A stretch of 64,000 nucleotides of DNA from a virus. Positions within the stretch are counted from its first letter, which is position 1. Each line of letters starts with the position of its first letter. The notes under the pieces are model-generated. The model had not been told where the DNA came from. It searched no databases and saw only the letters and a program-made list of their open reading frames with translations. The stretch is from the IMG/VR virus record IMGVR_UViG_3300019888_000003, positions 14,344 through 78,343 of that record; one strand, given 5' to 3'. Positions 18,510-29,300 of the stretch are shown here, piece by piece. The translations under genes and the position numbers were made by a program.

Positions 18510-19950
18510 TTACGGAATTTTCGAGGCAGCCAGCTCGGACGGTTTGGAGCAGCACAACAGTCGTCGGCAGGCGGAACGCGCCCTGGACGAGGCCGTCTTC
18601 GCGGCGCGGGAGCAGTTCGGATCGTTTTTGGGTGCGGCGACGAACAAGCAGGATTTCGAGGACCGACTGGCGCTGGTCAAGCCGGAGTTGATGAGTACGG
18701 TCGAGGCGCACCTCCTGCCGGTGACCGGAGTGATGCGGCGCGTGTCGCGGGCGCTGAGGCCGGATTTTCGTAGCAAGCAGGCTGCTGATTATGACGAAGA
18801 CTGGGACACTTCGAGTCCTGATTCTCGTGAACCCGATGACGAGGTAGAAGATCCGCGCGGCGATGACTACATGCCGAACTATCAGCGTGATGGGTCTCGC
18901 CGCAAGCAGGCCGACGACCGGGGCACCGATTCCGACACCGGAGCAATTCCTGCACCCGACGATATGAGTGCCGATCCCGCAGCGGGCGGCGGAGACCCCA
19001 CGCCTGGTGCAGACGATGGTTCTGCTGATGTGCAGCAGTCAGTGGCGCGCCACAGGGAATCTGGTGCCGTGGACGACGCTCCCGAGTTGATTCCGAAGGG
19101 CGACTTCGATTCGTACCTCGACGACGTATCCGATCCCGATGTCGAGAAGATCAAGACTCGCAACTTCGAGCCTGCCGATGTGCCACCACTCAAGGCTGGT
19201 AGGGAGAAGACCGCTGTCGACGCCGAGGGCTTGGATGACGCCACGCTGCTGCGGATGTGGCAGGCCATGCAGGACCTGTTCGGCACCGGAGCCATTCCCG
19301 ACAGCTCGGTGGGCGATGCAGCAGCAGTGGGCGCGGAGATGACTAGGCGTGGTCTTGCGTCGAAGAAGTCCGAGTCTCGCCGCAAGCAGGCCGGTGACGA
19401 TGATGTCTTTATCACACCGGAGAGTGTCGTCGAGGACTTCAAGGGTTGGCTCGAAGGGCGATCAGCAGATTACGATACGTACGACGAGTGGATGGACACC
19501 TATGAATACGCCGATCAGGTAGGCGAATCCGAGGATCGTGCCATTGTCGATTACATCGACCGCACTGCATCGCGCAAGACGGCTGGCTTCCAGGAATGGT
19601 GCGAAGAGAACGATGTCGATCCAGAGGCCTCGGGCTCTTACGACCAGTACGCAATTTCACAGCAGAAATCTTCCAACAAGAAAATCGCTTCTGGCTTCTC
19701 TCCCGAGGAGTTGGATGAGATGAAGGGCTGGGCGTACAGCTTCGGGTTCGTCTCGGACTCGATGATCGACAATCTTTCAGCCGAGGACACCATCGCCATC
19801 ATCAAGCGTGATTACCCCGGTGGATTGATTGCATGGCAACAGGATGCGAGCACATCCGATGCCGATCTTCCATCGGAGCCGAATGCTGAGCCGAACGACT
19901 TGGGTGCTGATTCAGGAGTCCCTGCGGGGGTTCCTTCTGGGGCATTCTGA
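18502..19950 (+). CDS. Acidic modular head-associated protein
   Basis: Conserved-looking N-terminal domain, then acidic modules separated by RRKQA, EKTA, RKTA and KKIA motifs. Confidence 0.7.
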   Translation: MPDYGIFEAASSDGLEQHNSRRQAERALDEAVFAAREQFGSFLGAATNKQDFEDRLALVKPELMSTVEAHLLPVTGVMRRVSRALRPDFRSKQAADYDEDWDTSSPDSREPDDEVEDPRGDDYMPNYQRDGSRRKQADDRGTDSDTGAIPAPDDMSADPAAGGGDPTPGADDGSADVQQSVARHRESGAVDDAPELIPKGDFDSYLDDVSDPDVEKIKTRNFEPADVPPLKAGREKTAVDAEGLDDATLLRMWQAMQDLFGTGAIPDSSVGDAAAVGAEMTRRGLASKKSESRRKQAGDDDVFITPESVVEDFKGWLEGRSADYDTYDEWMDTYEYADQVGESEDRAIVDYIDRTASRKTAGFQEWCEENDVDPEASGSYDQYAISQQKSSNKKIASGFSPEELDEMKGWAYSFGFVSDSMIDNLSAEDTIAIIKRDYPGGLIAWQQDASTSDADLPSEPNAEPNDLGADSGVPAGVPSGAF

Positions 19951-20654
19951 TGTCTCTGCATTGGAACACCGATATCGTCCGGCACTCCCTGTTACGGTCG
20001 GCGAATCTTCCTGGCGGTATCGAGCGACTGGGAATTTCCTACGAAGGTCGTGAATTGGCGAAGTTGGTCAGTCGATTCAAAGTCTGGTGCGGGCGAAACG
20101 GCATCGACTTCACCACAGTGCGTGAAGACCGGGACGAGACAGTCGTGTATCGCTATTTTGCAGACGCTGATCTCGATGTGCAGGACGAGCGCGCGATGGA
20201 GGAGTGGATCAACGATCCTGAGTACCCCATCACGAGTATGCGCAAGGGTGCGCCCTTCGCGGATTACGCTGACTTCGATGCGTGCGTCGCTGCCAACCAG
20301 GACAAAGATTCGCCCGAGGCATATTGCGGGACCATCCAGCGGAATGTTGAGGGTGCCGGTATCTCCTCTCGCAAGCGCACCGCCTCGATGTGGGATGAGA
20401 TGGACGCTTCAGCTCCGCGTCATGTCGTAGCGGGCTGGGATTGGGACGAACGGCTCTCGGGTTACGTGACCGATGCCACCTCTGCTCACTTTGCGTGTCT
20501 CTGCGGGGCTAATGTCGAAGCGCCTGGCTATAACACCTGCGTCTGTGGGAAGGTGTGGAATAGCTATCCCATTCAAGCCAACGGCACGACGAAGGTCATT
20601 TGCCGGGAGATTCCCGTTCGCGACCTCTTGCTCGCCTCTAGGAGTTCGCCATGA
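19950..20654 (+). CDS. Modular head-associated protein with C-terminal Cys-rich (zinc) domain
   Basis: PFADYADFDACV...AYCG module; C-terminal CLCG...CVCGKVWN; RKGA and KRTA linkers. Confidence 0.7.
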   Translation: MSLHWNTDIVRHSLLRSANLPGGIERLGISYEGRELAKLVSRFKVWCGRNGIDFTTVREDRDETVVYRYFADADLDVQDERAMEEWINDPEYPITSMRKGAPFADYADFDACVAANQDKDSPEAYCGTIQRNVEGAGISSRKRTASMWDEMDASAPRHVVAGWDWDERLSGYVTDATSAHFACLCGANVEAPGYNTCVCGKVWNSYPIQANGTTKVICREIPVRDLLLASRSSP

Positions 20655-20755
20655 TCTACGGAATCCCCTTCTCGGATATTATTTCTGGTGGGAAGGCAGT
20701 GCTCACCTTGCTCGACATCGCCTATCGGGTTGCTCATTCCTTCGGCATAGTCTGA
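20651..20755 (+). CDS. Very small hypothetical protein (34 aa)
   Basis: AGGAG RBS, ATGA overlap with the upstream gene; fills the gap before 20761. Confidence 0.4.
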   Translation: MIYGIPFSDIISGGKAVLTLLDIAYRVAHSFGIV

Positions 20756-20760
20756 ACGCT

Positions 20761-21111
20761 ATGAGCGAGGTGTGCTGGTGTGGCCACAGACGTGCGGTGA
20801 TGTATCAGGACTCGATCACTCAGCGCGGTTACTGCACCGTCTGCGCGGCTTCGGAGATCACGTCCACCCAGAACGTTCACCTGCAATTTCTCAGTGACCT
20901 CATGCAATACGAGGTCGGTGAGCGCGTCGAGTGCTGGACGATGGGTGAGTTCTACGAGGGCTTCGGTGAGGTAAAAGAAATCTCGACCGAACTGAGGGAC
21001 GGCGGGACGCCGGTACATCCCGCCTATCTCGTTCAGATAGACGACCGAGAGGGACCGTTGTGGTTCACTCCTATCTGTCTCAAGAGAGCGAGGAGTGAGG
21101 TCAATGGCTGA
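20761..21111 (+). CDS. Hypothetical protein (CxC...CxxC plus SH3-like domain)
   Basis: 3' part of the 20473 ORF; YEVGERVECW...GEVKEI...YLVQID pattern. Confidence 0.6.
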   Translation: MSEVCWCGHRRAVMYQDSITQRGYCTVCAASEITSTQNVHLQFLSDLMQYEVGERVECWTMGEFYEGFGEVKEISTELRDGGTPVHPAYLVQIDDREGPLWFTPICLKRARSEVNG

Positions 21112-21538
21112 GACCGTGCGCCAGATTGCCCCCTATCCCTATCCCTTGGCCGATCTCATCGCACAACTGACCTACAAGCGGAACTGGACCTTCGCGCTGG
21201 ATGACATGGACCGTGGACAGGGCAGCAGAGGTTTGACACTCAATGTGCTGATCTACACTCCTGACAGCTATCACCCAGATCAGACACGTGGGGTACGGCA
21301 CTTCTTCATCGTCCCGGCAGCCGCGTACGACATTCGCTCTTGGCGTCGGTGGTTGTTCGATCGCATCTTGGACATCGAGACGCACGAGGCGATGGAGTTC
21401 TTCAAGCTGGACGGTGTGCGCGCTTATGCGCCTTCACACGGTCCGGGAAATGATCCCTACTTGATTCGAGAAGTGGGCACCGACGAGGACGTGCGAACGT
21501 CGTTCCGTGGCGAGCTGAAGGATGAGACGGTTGGCTGA
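21104..21538 (+). CDS. Hypothetical phage protein
   Basis: GAGG RBS; HFFIVP...WLFDRILDIETHEAMEFF motif. Confidence 0.7.
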   Translation: MAETVRQIAPYPYPLADLIAQLTYKRNWTFALDDMDRGQGSRGLTLNVLIYTPDSYHPDQTRGVRHFFIVPAAAYDIRSWRRWLFDRILDIETHEAMEFFKLDGVRAYAPSHGPGNDPYLIREVGTDEDVRTSFRGELKDETVG

Positions 21539-24032
21539 CATCCAGATCACCGACAAGCGCGGACACCGTGGAGACGTCAGTCTGTCAAAGACCGTCGCGA
21601 ACCTGCGGGCACGTGGGTTCTCTCTTCCCAATTCCCCGCCGATGGCGCGTCAGGCCGCCTCCGATGTAAAGACGGCGGTGGCCAATCGCACGCTGACGGA
21701 TTCCATGCGTCACACCGGCTCCAATGTGCAGATGGCGTTGCCCAAGGTGCGCGAGCCGATGTCCAGCTTCAAGGACAAGGGCATCCCCTTCGATACGACC
21801 AAACCCAAGGAGTTGCGCGAAATTCGCAAGTGGGCGCGGCTGTTCTATTCGACTCACGACCTCATTCCACTGATGATCGACATCTACTCCAAGTTTCCTC
21901 TGGTCGGCATGGAGTTCACCAGCAAGGACCCCAAGATCAAAGAGTTCTACGAGTCGATGTACTTGGACAACTTGGATTACGACACGTTCCTTCAGGATGT
22001 GGGGCGTGAGTATTTTATCTCCGGCGAGGTCAACACGTTGGGGCACTTCGACGAGACGCTGGGTATCTGGAGCGCCGAGGAGGTGCTCAATCCCGACACC
22101 ATCTCCGTCAGCAAGTCGATGTTCGTGCAGCGCGAGCGGGTGCAGTTGCTCGTCAAGGATCTGGTCGAGGTATTGCGCTCCGGGACGGAGACGGGAGGGG
22201 AGGACGGGCCCACGCGCTCCGAGCAACTGGAAAAGCGTTGGGAATACGAACAATTGGTGCAGAACTACCCCGAGATTCTTCAGGCGGCAGCCAACGACGA
22301 CGGGTTGGACATCGCGGACGCGCTCATCAGCCGCATCGTCAACAAGGTGCAGCCCTGGGATTTGCGGGGCACGCCACATCTGTTGCGCAGCTTTCGCACG
22401 CTGCTCATGGAGGAGTCCCTCAATGCGGCACAGGACGCAGTAGCCGATCGGCTTTACAGCCCGTTCATCCTCGCCACCTTGGGCATCGCCAACCTGGGCG
22501 ACAACGAACCCTGGATTCCTGATCAGGGTGACTTGGATGCGTGCCGTGACGACATGCAGAATGCTCTCGCCGCCGATTTTCGGCTGATGGTGCACAACTT
22601 CGGCCTGGACATCAAATCGGTTTTCGGACGAGAAGCCGTGCCGCGCTTCGACTCCGACTACAGCCGTGTGGACAAGAAGCTCATGCAGGCGTGGGGTATC
22701 GGTGAAGCGCTCATCTCTGGTGGCACTGGCAACACCTACGCCAGCTCCGCGCTCAACCGTGAGTTCGTCACGCAGATCATGGTCACCTTCCAAAAGGCGA
22801 TCAAGCGTCACATGCGCAAGCGCAGCGAGGTGATCGCGGAGGCACAGGGTCACTACGACTACGAGATGAGCGGCAGTATTCGTAAGCCCATCTTCCGCGA
22901 GATCGTGGAGACCGATCCAGAGACCGGCGAGGAGTACACCCGCAAGGTACCCAAGCTGTTGATTCCCGAGGTCAAGTTCCAGTCGCTCAACCTGCGCGAC
23001 GAGGCGCAGGAGCGCAGCTTCCTCCAGGCGCTCAGGAGCCAGGGCGTGCCGATTTCAGACATGAGCCTGGCAGTGAACATTCCCATCGAGTTCGAGGACG
23101 AGCTGGAAAAGCAATCCGAGGAGAAGGTCAAGAAGCTCATCGCCGAGGCTCAGGCCATGCAGGCAGCCTTTCATGCGTGCTCAGCGCAGGGACTTCCGAT
23201 TCCGCCTGATATCGCCCGCTACTACGCAGCGGGCGCGCAACTCACCAAGGAAGTGGCCGACGCTGGGATCGAGAAGGACAAGGGCGACGTGCTCAAGGAC
23301 ACCGGCACCATTCCCGGTGAAGAGCCTGCCACCAATATCGTGGCTCCCGGAGTGCCCGGTGTACCAGGTTCTCCTTCCGGTGGTGGGGCCCCGAGCGGCA
23401 ACGGCTTCGGTGGTGGGCCTCCCGGCGGTCCCGCTGATAACGGCACCCCCGATTCCAAGGGCATGGACTCCAAGGGTGGCGATCTCGGCGTCGACCTCGA
23501 CAACGGTATCGCCAACGATCAACTCGACAACTCCAAGCCCGATGTACCCGGCGCGCCGCCGATCAACGTTCCAGTGGATGGTGAGGGGAGCAACGACGAT
23601 AACGTCCTGCCCTTCAAACCCAAACTGCCGCAGCGTAATCGCACCCGTCCGGAGGAGAGCGACGAGATGCGCAAGCACTCGCCTCGCAAGGGGAGCTTCG
23701 GTCAGGGACCCTCCTCCTATGGGTCTTCGGAGCGAGTGTCCGAACGCGAAATCGAATCGGCGCTCAAGCGACTGTCTTCTCCTGTGCAGACCGTGCGGGA
23801 CCTGGTGGAGAACGACGAATTCTTCGTTTCGCTCAATCGGCAGTCCTACACCGATCAGATCCGTGCCGACATCGACAGCATCTATCCCAACTTGGAAATC
23901 AGAGGTGACGGGTCGGCGGTGCTGACCATGACGAAGCGGGCTGCGAGCGATGGGACGGACGAGTCGTTCACGGTGCTGTGCGAGATGATTGAGCAGCACG
24001 AGGAGGTCTACGGTTTCCGTCCCGAGTGGTAA
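21531..24032 (+). CDS. Portal protein
   Basis: WARLFYSTHDLIPLMIDIYSKFP, RGTPHLLRSFRTL and AQDAVADRLYSP resemble Bxz1-type portals; position in the head module; Pro/Gly-rich tail. Confidence 0.82.
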   Translation: MADIQITDKRGHRGDVSLSKTVANLRARGFSLPNSPPMARQAASDVKTAVANRTLTDSMRHTGSNVQMALPKVREPMSSFKDKGIPFDTTKPKELREIRKWARLFYSTHDLIPLMIDIYSKFPLVGMEFTSKDPKIKEFYESMYLDNLDYDTFLQDVGREYFISGEVNTLGHFDETLGIWSAEEVLNPDTISVSKSMFVQRERVQLLVKDLVEVLRSGTETGGEDGPTRSEQLEKRWEYEQLVQNYPEILQAAANDDGLDIADALISRIVNKVQPWDLRGTPHLLRSFRTLLMEESLNAAQDAVADRLYSPFILATLGIANLGDNEPWIPDQGDLDACRDDMQNALAADFRLMVHNFGLDIKSVFGREAVPRFDSDYSRVDKKLMQAWGIGEALISGGTGNTYASSALNREFVTQIMVTFQKAIKRHMRKRSEVIAEAQGHYDYEMSGSIRKPIFREIVETDPETGEEYTRKVPKLLIPEVKFQSLNLRDEAQERSFLQALRSQGVPISDMSLAVNIPIEFEDELEKQSEEKVKKLIAEAQAMQAAFHACSAQGLPIPPDIARYYAAGAQLTKEVADAGIEKDKGDVLKDTGTIPGEEPATNIVAPGVPGVPGSPSGGGAPSGNGFGGGPPGGPADNGTPDSKGMDSKGGDLGVDLDNGIANDQLDNSKPDVPGAPPINVPVDGEGSNDDNVLPFKPKLPQRNRTRPEESDEMRKHSPRKGSFGQGPSSYGSSERVSEREIESALKRLSSPVQTVRDLVENDEFFVSLNRQSYTDQIRADIDSIYPNLEIRGDGSAVLTMTKRAASDGTDESFTVLCEMIEQHEEVYGFRPEW

Positions 24033-24113
24033 GCGATTGTGCGGGAGTGCTGTATTCGACCACTGGGAGAGGACATAACAAGTAGATGCCGATGATGATT
24101 CGAGGAGAACCAC

Positions 24114-26324
24114 ATGTCTCAGCGCGTGATGACCGAGTTCGGTCCCGGCGTGGTTGTGGCGACGGAGACAGTCCGTGGTCGAACTCAACATCGAGTCGAG
24201 GGTGAGCATTTCAATATCTGGGTGAGTGCGGCGCAGTACAGCCCTTTCGGGCAGTTGGAATGGGATCAGGGTCTTCCACAGCTTCAGGACAACTCCACGA
24301 CGTTGCCCTACAACCCACAGCCACAGTTCTATCCGCACGGTGGCGAGTCGACGATTCAGCCCAATCAGCATCTCGACACTCAGAAGCGGCTCTCTCCCGC
24401 CGACTCGGTGAGCTTCGAGCCAAGGAGCCTTCCCGGTTCTGGCTCGCGCGACTTTGCCAGTTCTCGACGCACGGCGGGAGACTCCGAAATCGGGTTCGAC
24501 GACAACGATGTGATCCAATTCGTGTCGCAGACCATAGACCAGTACGGCGATGGTGACTCCGGTGACACCCAGAGCGATTGGGAGGAACTGAAGGCAGGGA
24601 TGGACTACGACGAGTTGAACGGGCTCGTCAAGGACGCCTATCAGAACGGCGTGCTGAGCCAGATCAATTCGAGCCGGATGCTCTGGGACCTGGAAGCCGA
24701 CGCGGGTATGGGCAGCTCGTTCTATTCCCATGTCACGGCGACCGACGAGAGTGGCGCTGCCGATACCCAGGTGGATCAGTCCTATTCCCCGACATCCACG
24801 GACGAGGACTACCCCGGAGGGATCAACGTCCCTGACGACCACGAGGTCCCAGAGAACTTCGCTCTGGGCAGTGTGGCAGATACCCAGGCACGGCTCGGAG
24901 AGAAATATATCGACATTCCGGTCGACGTAGACCGCAGTACGCTCCAGGCCCGTCTCGATGACGATCCTGTTCGAGTTGTGTCGGATATAAAAATGCGGAA
25001 CTTCGAGGTTCGCGCGAACCTCGATCCCCGCATCGGTCAGGCTCTGGACCTGGAGGCAGCGGACTCCGTTATTCGCACGGCAGCATGGGCCGATGTACGG
25101 GCTAAGGCGACACGTCTGCGTCGTTCCGGGGCTGTACAGCTCGAAGCGGCCAATCCGACCGCTATCGTGGCGACAGTGACGGGGGATCACGGTGTCTACA
25201 CAGTCGCAGTCCTGCGTGGCAGTGCATTGACCGGAAATTCCTCGGTATCGGAGTGGAGCTGCTCCTGCCCCTGGGGGGATTGGGCCTTCGAACGCGAACA
25301 TACCTACGTCGGGCGGCTGTGCAGCCACGCCTATGCGGCCCTTCAGGAGTTGCGGTCATTGACGATGCGCAAGGAGAAGCCTCGCGACTGGTCGCATAAG
25401 GCTCAGCGCAAAACTGCTGGTGACTGGGACGACGATTGGTCCGAGCCGGGGGAGGGGTACTCCGATACCTTCGGTGACCCGTACACGGCGCTGCTGGACT
25501 TTCAGGGGTGGGCCTACGCGGTAGGCAAACCTGCCGACGAGGCAACGCTGGCCGAATGGGCCGCGCCGAACGGTGCCGCAACCGCGAACCCCAGCGAGGC
25601 AGACCTCGCTTACATTCGCAAGGACATCGCGGGCGAGGGCGACAGCACGTGGCAGTACAACGGTGCCCGTCATCAGGACCCCGACGCAGACCTGGCGACC
25701 AAGCCTGGAACCCTGACACCGGATCTGATGTTCGTGCCGAAGACGCACGAGCGTCGGCGGGTGGACTTGGGTGCCGACACTGGCAATTGGCGTACCTATG
25801 CCCGCGAAGCAGGCTGGGACTTGGGTGAGGTCGAGGCACTGGTCAAGCACGCCATTCAGCCGGGAGGTCTGAGCTGGGAGGAGGTCGACGAATTGCTTCA
25901 GCAGTGCAAGGCCAACGGTACCGATCTCGGTGATGTCTACGACCGGGTGGCGTTTCTGTCCGAGCCCTTCGAGGGCTCCGGCTCCAATCAGCCGGACGGC
26001 TACGAGTCCAGCGAGAGCTACGTCGACAGCCACGAACTCCAGTATCGCGACGATATTGACGGGCCGGGGCTCAACCCTGCTGCACAGAACGCCGACGATG
26101 TGGTGCTATCCAACAGCCACGAGGCCGCTCTTGGCTATTTGCTGGAGAACAACGATTCTTCTGGTTCCAGTGATATAGCCGATGCCGCTGCTGCGTTCCT
26201 TCAGCGCACGGCGGGTCGGAGTTTCACCCTGTCCGAACAGCAGGAGTTGATGGACGAGGACGCGGTTGGTGGTCCCATCGAGGCGTCGGATCTGGATCTA
26301 CGCGGAACTCACTACCTGTCGTGA
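24114..26324 (+). CDS. SWIM zinc-finger-containing modular head protein
   Basis: WSCSCPWG...RLCSHAYA (CxC...CxH SWIM signature); modules flanked by RRTA, RKTA and QRTA. Confidence 0.75.
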   Translation: MSQRVMTEFGPGVVVATETVRGRTQHRVEGEHFNIWVSAAQYSPFGQLEWDQGLPQLQDNSTTLPYNPQPQFYPHGGESTIQPNQHLDTQKRLSPADSVSFEPRSLPGSGSRDFASSRRTAGDSEIGFDDNDVIQFVSQTIDQYGDGDSGDTQSDWEELKAGMDYDELNGLVKDAYQNGVLSQINSSRMLWDLEADAGMGSSFYSHVTATDESGAADTQVDQSYSPTSTDEDYPGGINVPDDHEVPENFALGSVADTQARLGEKYIDIPVDVDRSTLQARLDDDPVRVVSDIKMRNFEVRANLDPRIGQALDLEAADSVIRTAAWADVRAKATRLRRSGAVQLEAANPTAIVATVTGDHGVYTVAVLRGSALTGNSSVSEWSCSCPWGDWAFEREHTYVGRLCSHAYAALQELRSLTMRKEKPRDWSHKAQRKTAGDWDDDWSEPGEGYSDTFGDPYTALLDFQGWAYAVGKPADEATLAEWAAPNGAATANPSEADLAYIRKDIAGEGDSTWQYNGARHQDPDADLATKPGTLTPDLMFVPKTHERRRVDLGADTGNWRTYAREAGWDLGEVEALVKHAIQPGGLSWEEVDELLQQCKANGTDLGDVYDRVAFLSEPFEGSGSNQPDGYESSESYVDSHELQYRDDIDGPGLNPAAQNADDVVLSNSHEAALGYLLENNDSSGSSDIADAAAAFLQRTAGRSFTLSEQQELMDEDAVGGPIEASDLDLRGTHYLS

Positions 26325-26375
26325 CCTGTGGAAGGTCGTGTGTTGTAGCGACAAGAAGTGTAGGAAGGGGATCGC

Positions 26376-29300
26376 GTGAGCTTGAACAAGATCGCTGAGC
26401 TGTACGACGGCGAAGACGGATCGGTCAAGCAATCTGCCAGCACCATTCAGGGCGCTGTCGATCTCGTAGCACAGTGGCAGTCGTTCCCAGATACCGCGAT
26501 CCTGGCCGATTTCACTCCACGCGAGGGCTATATCTACACGGTGACGCGCGCTATCTCTGCACGTGTCAACCAGAACTTCGACGGGTTTCCCTCCGAGGAG
26601 TTGCACAAGAGCTACGCCTCGTTCCTGGGCAAGCCGTGTTTCGTCAACCACGCCAACCACGACCCGCAGCGTGCTCGTGGACGAGTGGTGGCTGCCAGAT
26701 ACGTCGAGAACGGTCTGGACAAATACGTCGATGTCATTCAGGAGATCAGTGCCGTCAAATATCCGAAGCTTGCCAAAGAGCTTCTGGACGGTGGCCTGGA
26801 TTCGGTGTCGATGGGGTGTGAGGCGCAACGAACGATCTGTTCGTTCTGTGGCAACGAGGCCACAGGCATGTTCGATATGTGCGCCCACATACTCAACGCC
26901 AAGGGACGCTACCTTCGCCGTAAGGCCGCCAACGGTGGCATGGAGGACGTGCTCGTCTACGAGGAGTGCCGCGATCTCAGTTTCTTCGAGCTGAGCTACG
27001 TGTTCGATCCCGCCGACGAGACGGCTGTGGTGTCGACGGTGCTCACGGCTAATCGCAAGACAGCGTTCCCCAAGACCCAGAAATGTAAATTTTGCGCTGA
27101 CCATGCCACCCAGCGCGTGATTCATTCCGAGGGTATGGCTTATGTCCCGGCGTGTGACAAGCACTTGACGAAGGCCAGGAACGCTGCCGCGAGTTGCACT
27201 CCGGACGGCAGTCACGACGAATCCAACATCGACCGTGTGGAAGCAATTGCCAAGCACGCCAAGCTTATTCAGCGCGTGTGGTGTGATCTTCCGGGCTGTC
27301 GCCGCTGGACCGTCTACAACTCCGACACATACAACGAGTGGGTCAACGGTCACGGTGAGCTGCGCACCTACGACTACTGCTGTGAGGGACATCGCCAGCA
27401 GTACGAGGATCAATACCCCAGTTGGGCGTTCGAGGCGCGCATTCGCAATCCGCACAAGGCGCAAGCAATGGAGAAGCACGGCTTCGGAGAGGTAGAAGCG
27501 CCCACTCCTGTGGATACGTTGCGTGACGAGTCCGAGGACGAGAAGGACGATTTCCATCGTTACGTCGAATCCCCTCCCGAGCTGAACGAGCCGGATCTGG
27601 ATGCCGCCGGGGAGATCGACCGTCGTCAGGAGATGCCCGAGGGATTCGAGAACTTCGACGACGAGGTGTTCGACACCGTCGACGAAGGGGTGAGCCCCGA
27701 TGCCACTGCGCCGGATGCTCCTGGTGAGCTACCCGGTGTCCCTCCGGGGTCCCCTGGTGGTGTGGGCACCCCTCCGACCATCCCCCGTCCCGGACCAGGA
27801 GAAGCACCGCTGGGCGACGTGCCAGGTGAGAATGCTGCACCGCTGCCTGGCGAAGAAGCATTGCCCAGTGCCGATGCGTTGCCGGGTGTGCCCGAGGACG
27901 TGATGGAAGACCCCGGTGACGCCGAGGAGGAGATTCACCCCGAGATTTTGGAGCTGGACGGTGTCACTCCCGAGAGCACCCCTCCTGAAGACATTCCCGA
28001 CGAGGTAGCCCCTGAGGTGGCACCCGTAGGTCCTGCACCTGAGGATGCCGTTCCTGTCGACGAGGTGATGCAGGACCCCGGTGATCCCTCACCCCCCGTT
28101 CCGGGTGTGGATGCCCCGACGCCCAAGGACATCGTGCCCGCCGACGACGTGTCCGACGATGTCCCGGTCGCTCCTGTCGAGCCACCTGTACCGCCCGTTG
28201 CGGAAGAGGCACCCCAGCCCGACACTGCGGACACCCCAGATGTTCCTGTCGACCCCACCGACACGGTGGACCCCAAGACTCCGGCGACTCCGGCTGTGCC
28301 ACCTACGCCGGATGTCGATGACGATGTGATGAAAGATCCCGGCGATGCCTCTCCCGATGCACCCGGCGATGCTCCCCCTGATGTCTCTCCCGAGGTGCCG
28401 CCCGAGGACGTGCACCCCGAGATAGAGCAGCTCGAACTTCTGCCGGGGGTAGTGCCTCCGCCAGAACCCGAGTCCGACGAACAACATCGTTCTGAGGACG
28501 ACTCCCGAAGTAATGAACAGAGCACGACCCCCACGAAAGGACGACGCAACATGGGAACCAACTCTCTGGCAGAGCGCGGGAGGGTTGCTTCCCGTGGCCG
28601 CGTAGCCGATCAGAGCCGTAATGACCAGGGTGAGAAGGAAGACACCTTCATCACCCAGACCCCACCCCCGGAGCCTGTGGTCGCGCCCAACGAGGACGGG
28701 CCGATCTCCAACACCGAAGAGAACTTGGTGGCAAGCATTCGTGCTCGCCAACGGGCGCTCAAGGAATTGCGCGCCAAGAAGGCTCGTCGCAAGCAGGCCG
28801 ATGAGACCGCTGACGTCGTGAACCCGGAACTCTCGGGCACAGGCGATCAGGATCTCAAGGGCGACTTCGAATCCGCCGATCCCGATGACGGTGTCGAAGA
28901 GACTCAGCCCAAGGACGCTGCTCGTCACGCAGCGCTTGTCAAGCGCTATCGCCATTTCTCGGCGTGGTGCCGTGCGACGCAGGGCAAGTCCATCCGCGAA
29001 GCTCGTCATGCGGGAGAGCTGCGCCGTTGGGCTCGCAGCTATGCCGGAGAGTTCAAGATCGACCCGGCGACCATTTATCCGATGCTCAGTCGCGACATGA
29101 CGGCACTACGCAAGAAGGCAGCCGATGAAGGTGTGTCGGCTCCCGTCAAAGCCGATCCCGCCGCCGTGAAAGACGAGATCACGTCGTCCACGCGCAAGAC
29201 TGCCGGGGACGATGATCTGCCGGACTTCCTCAAGGATGACGAGGACAAGAAGGAATCTCGTCGCAAGCAGTCCGGTGAAGTTCCCGATGCCTTCAAGGAT

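Noticed and set aside
21585-25328. Long minus-strand ORFs (422 aa and 715 aa; also 39720-40988 and 9332-10651)
   Set aside because: They are antisense shadows of well-supported GC-rich genes, with no recognisable motifs or RBS.
27690-28500. Pro/Asp/Glu-rich stretch with DVMxDPGD and HPEI repeats as a separate element
   Set aside because: It is an in-frame low-complexity linker of the protease-scaffold protein.
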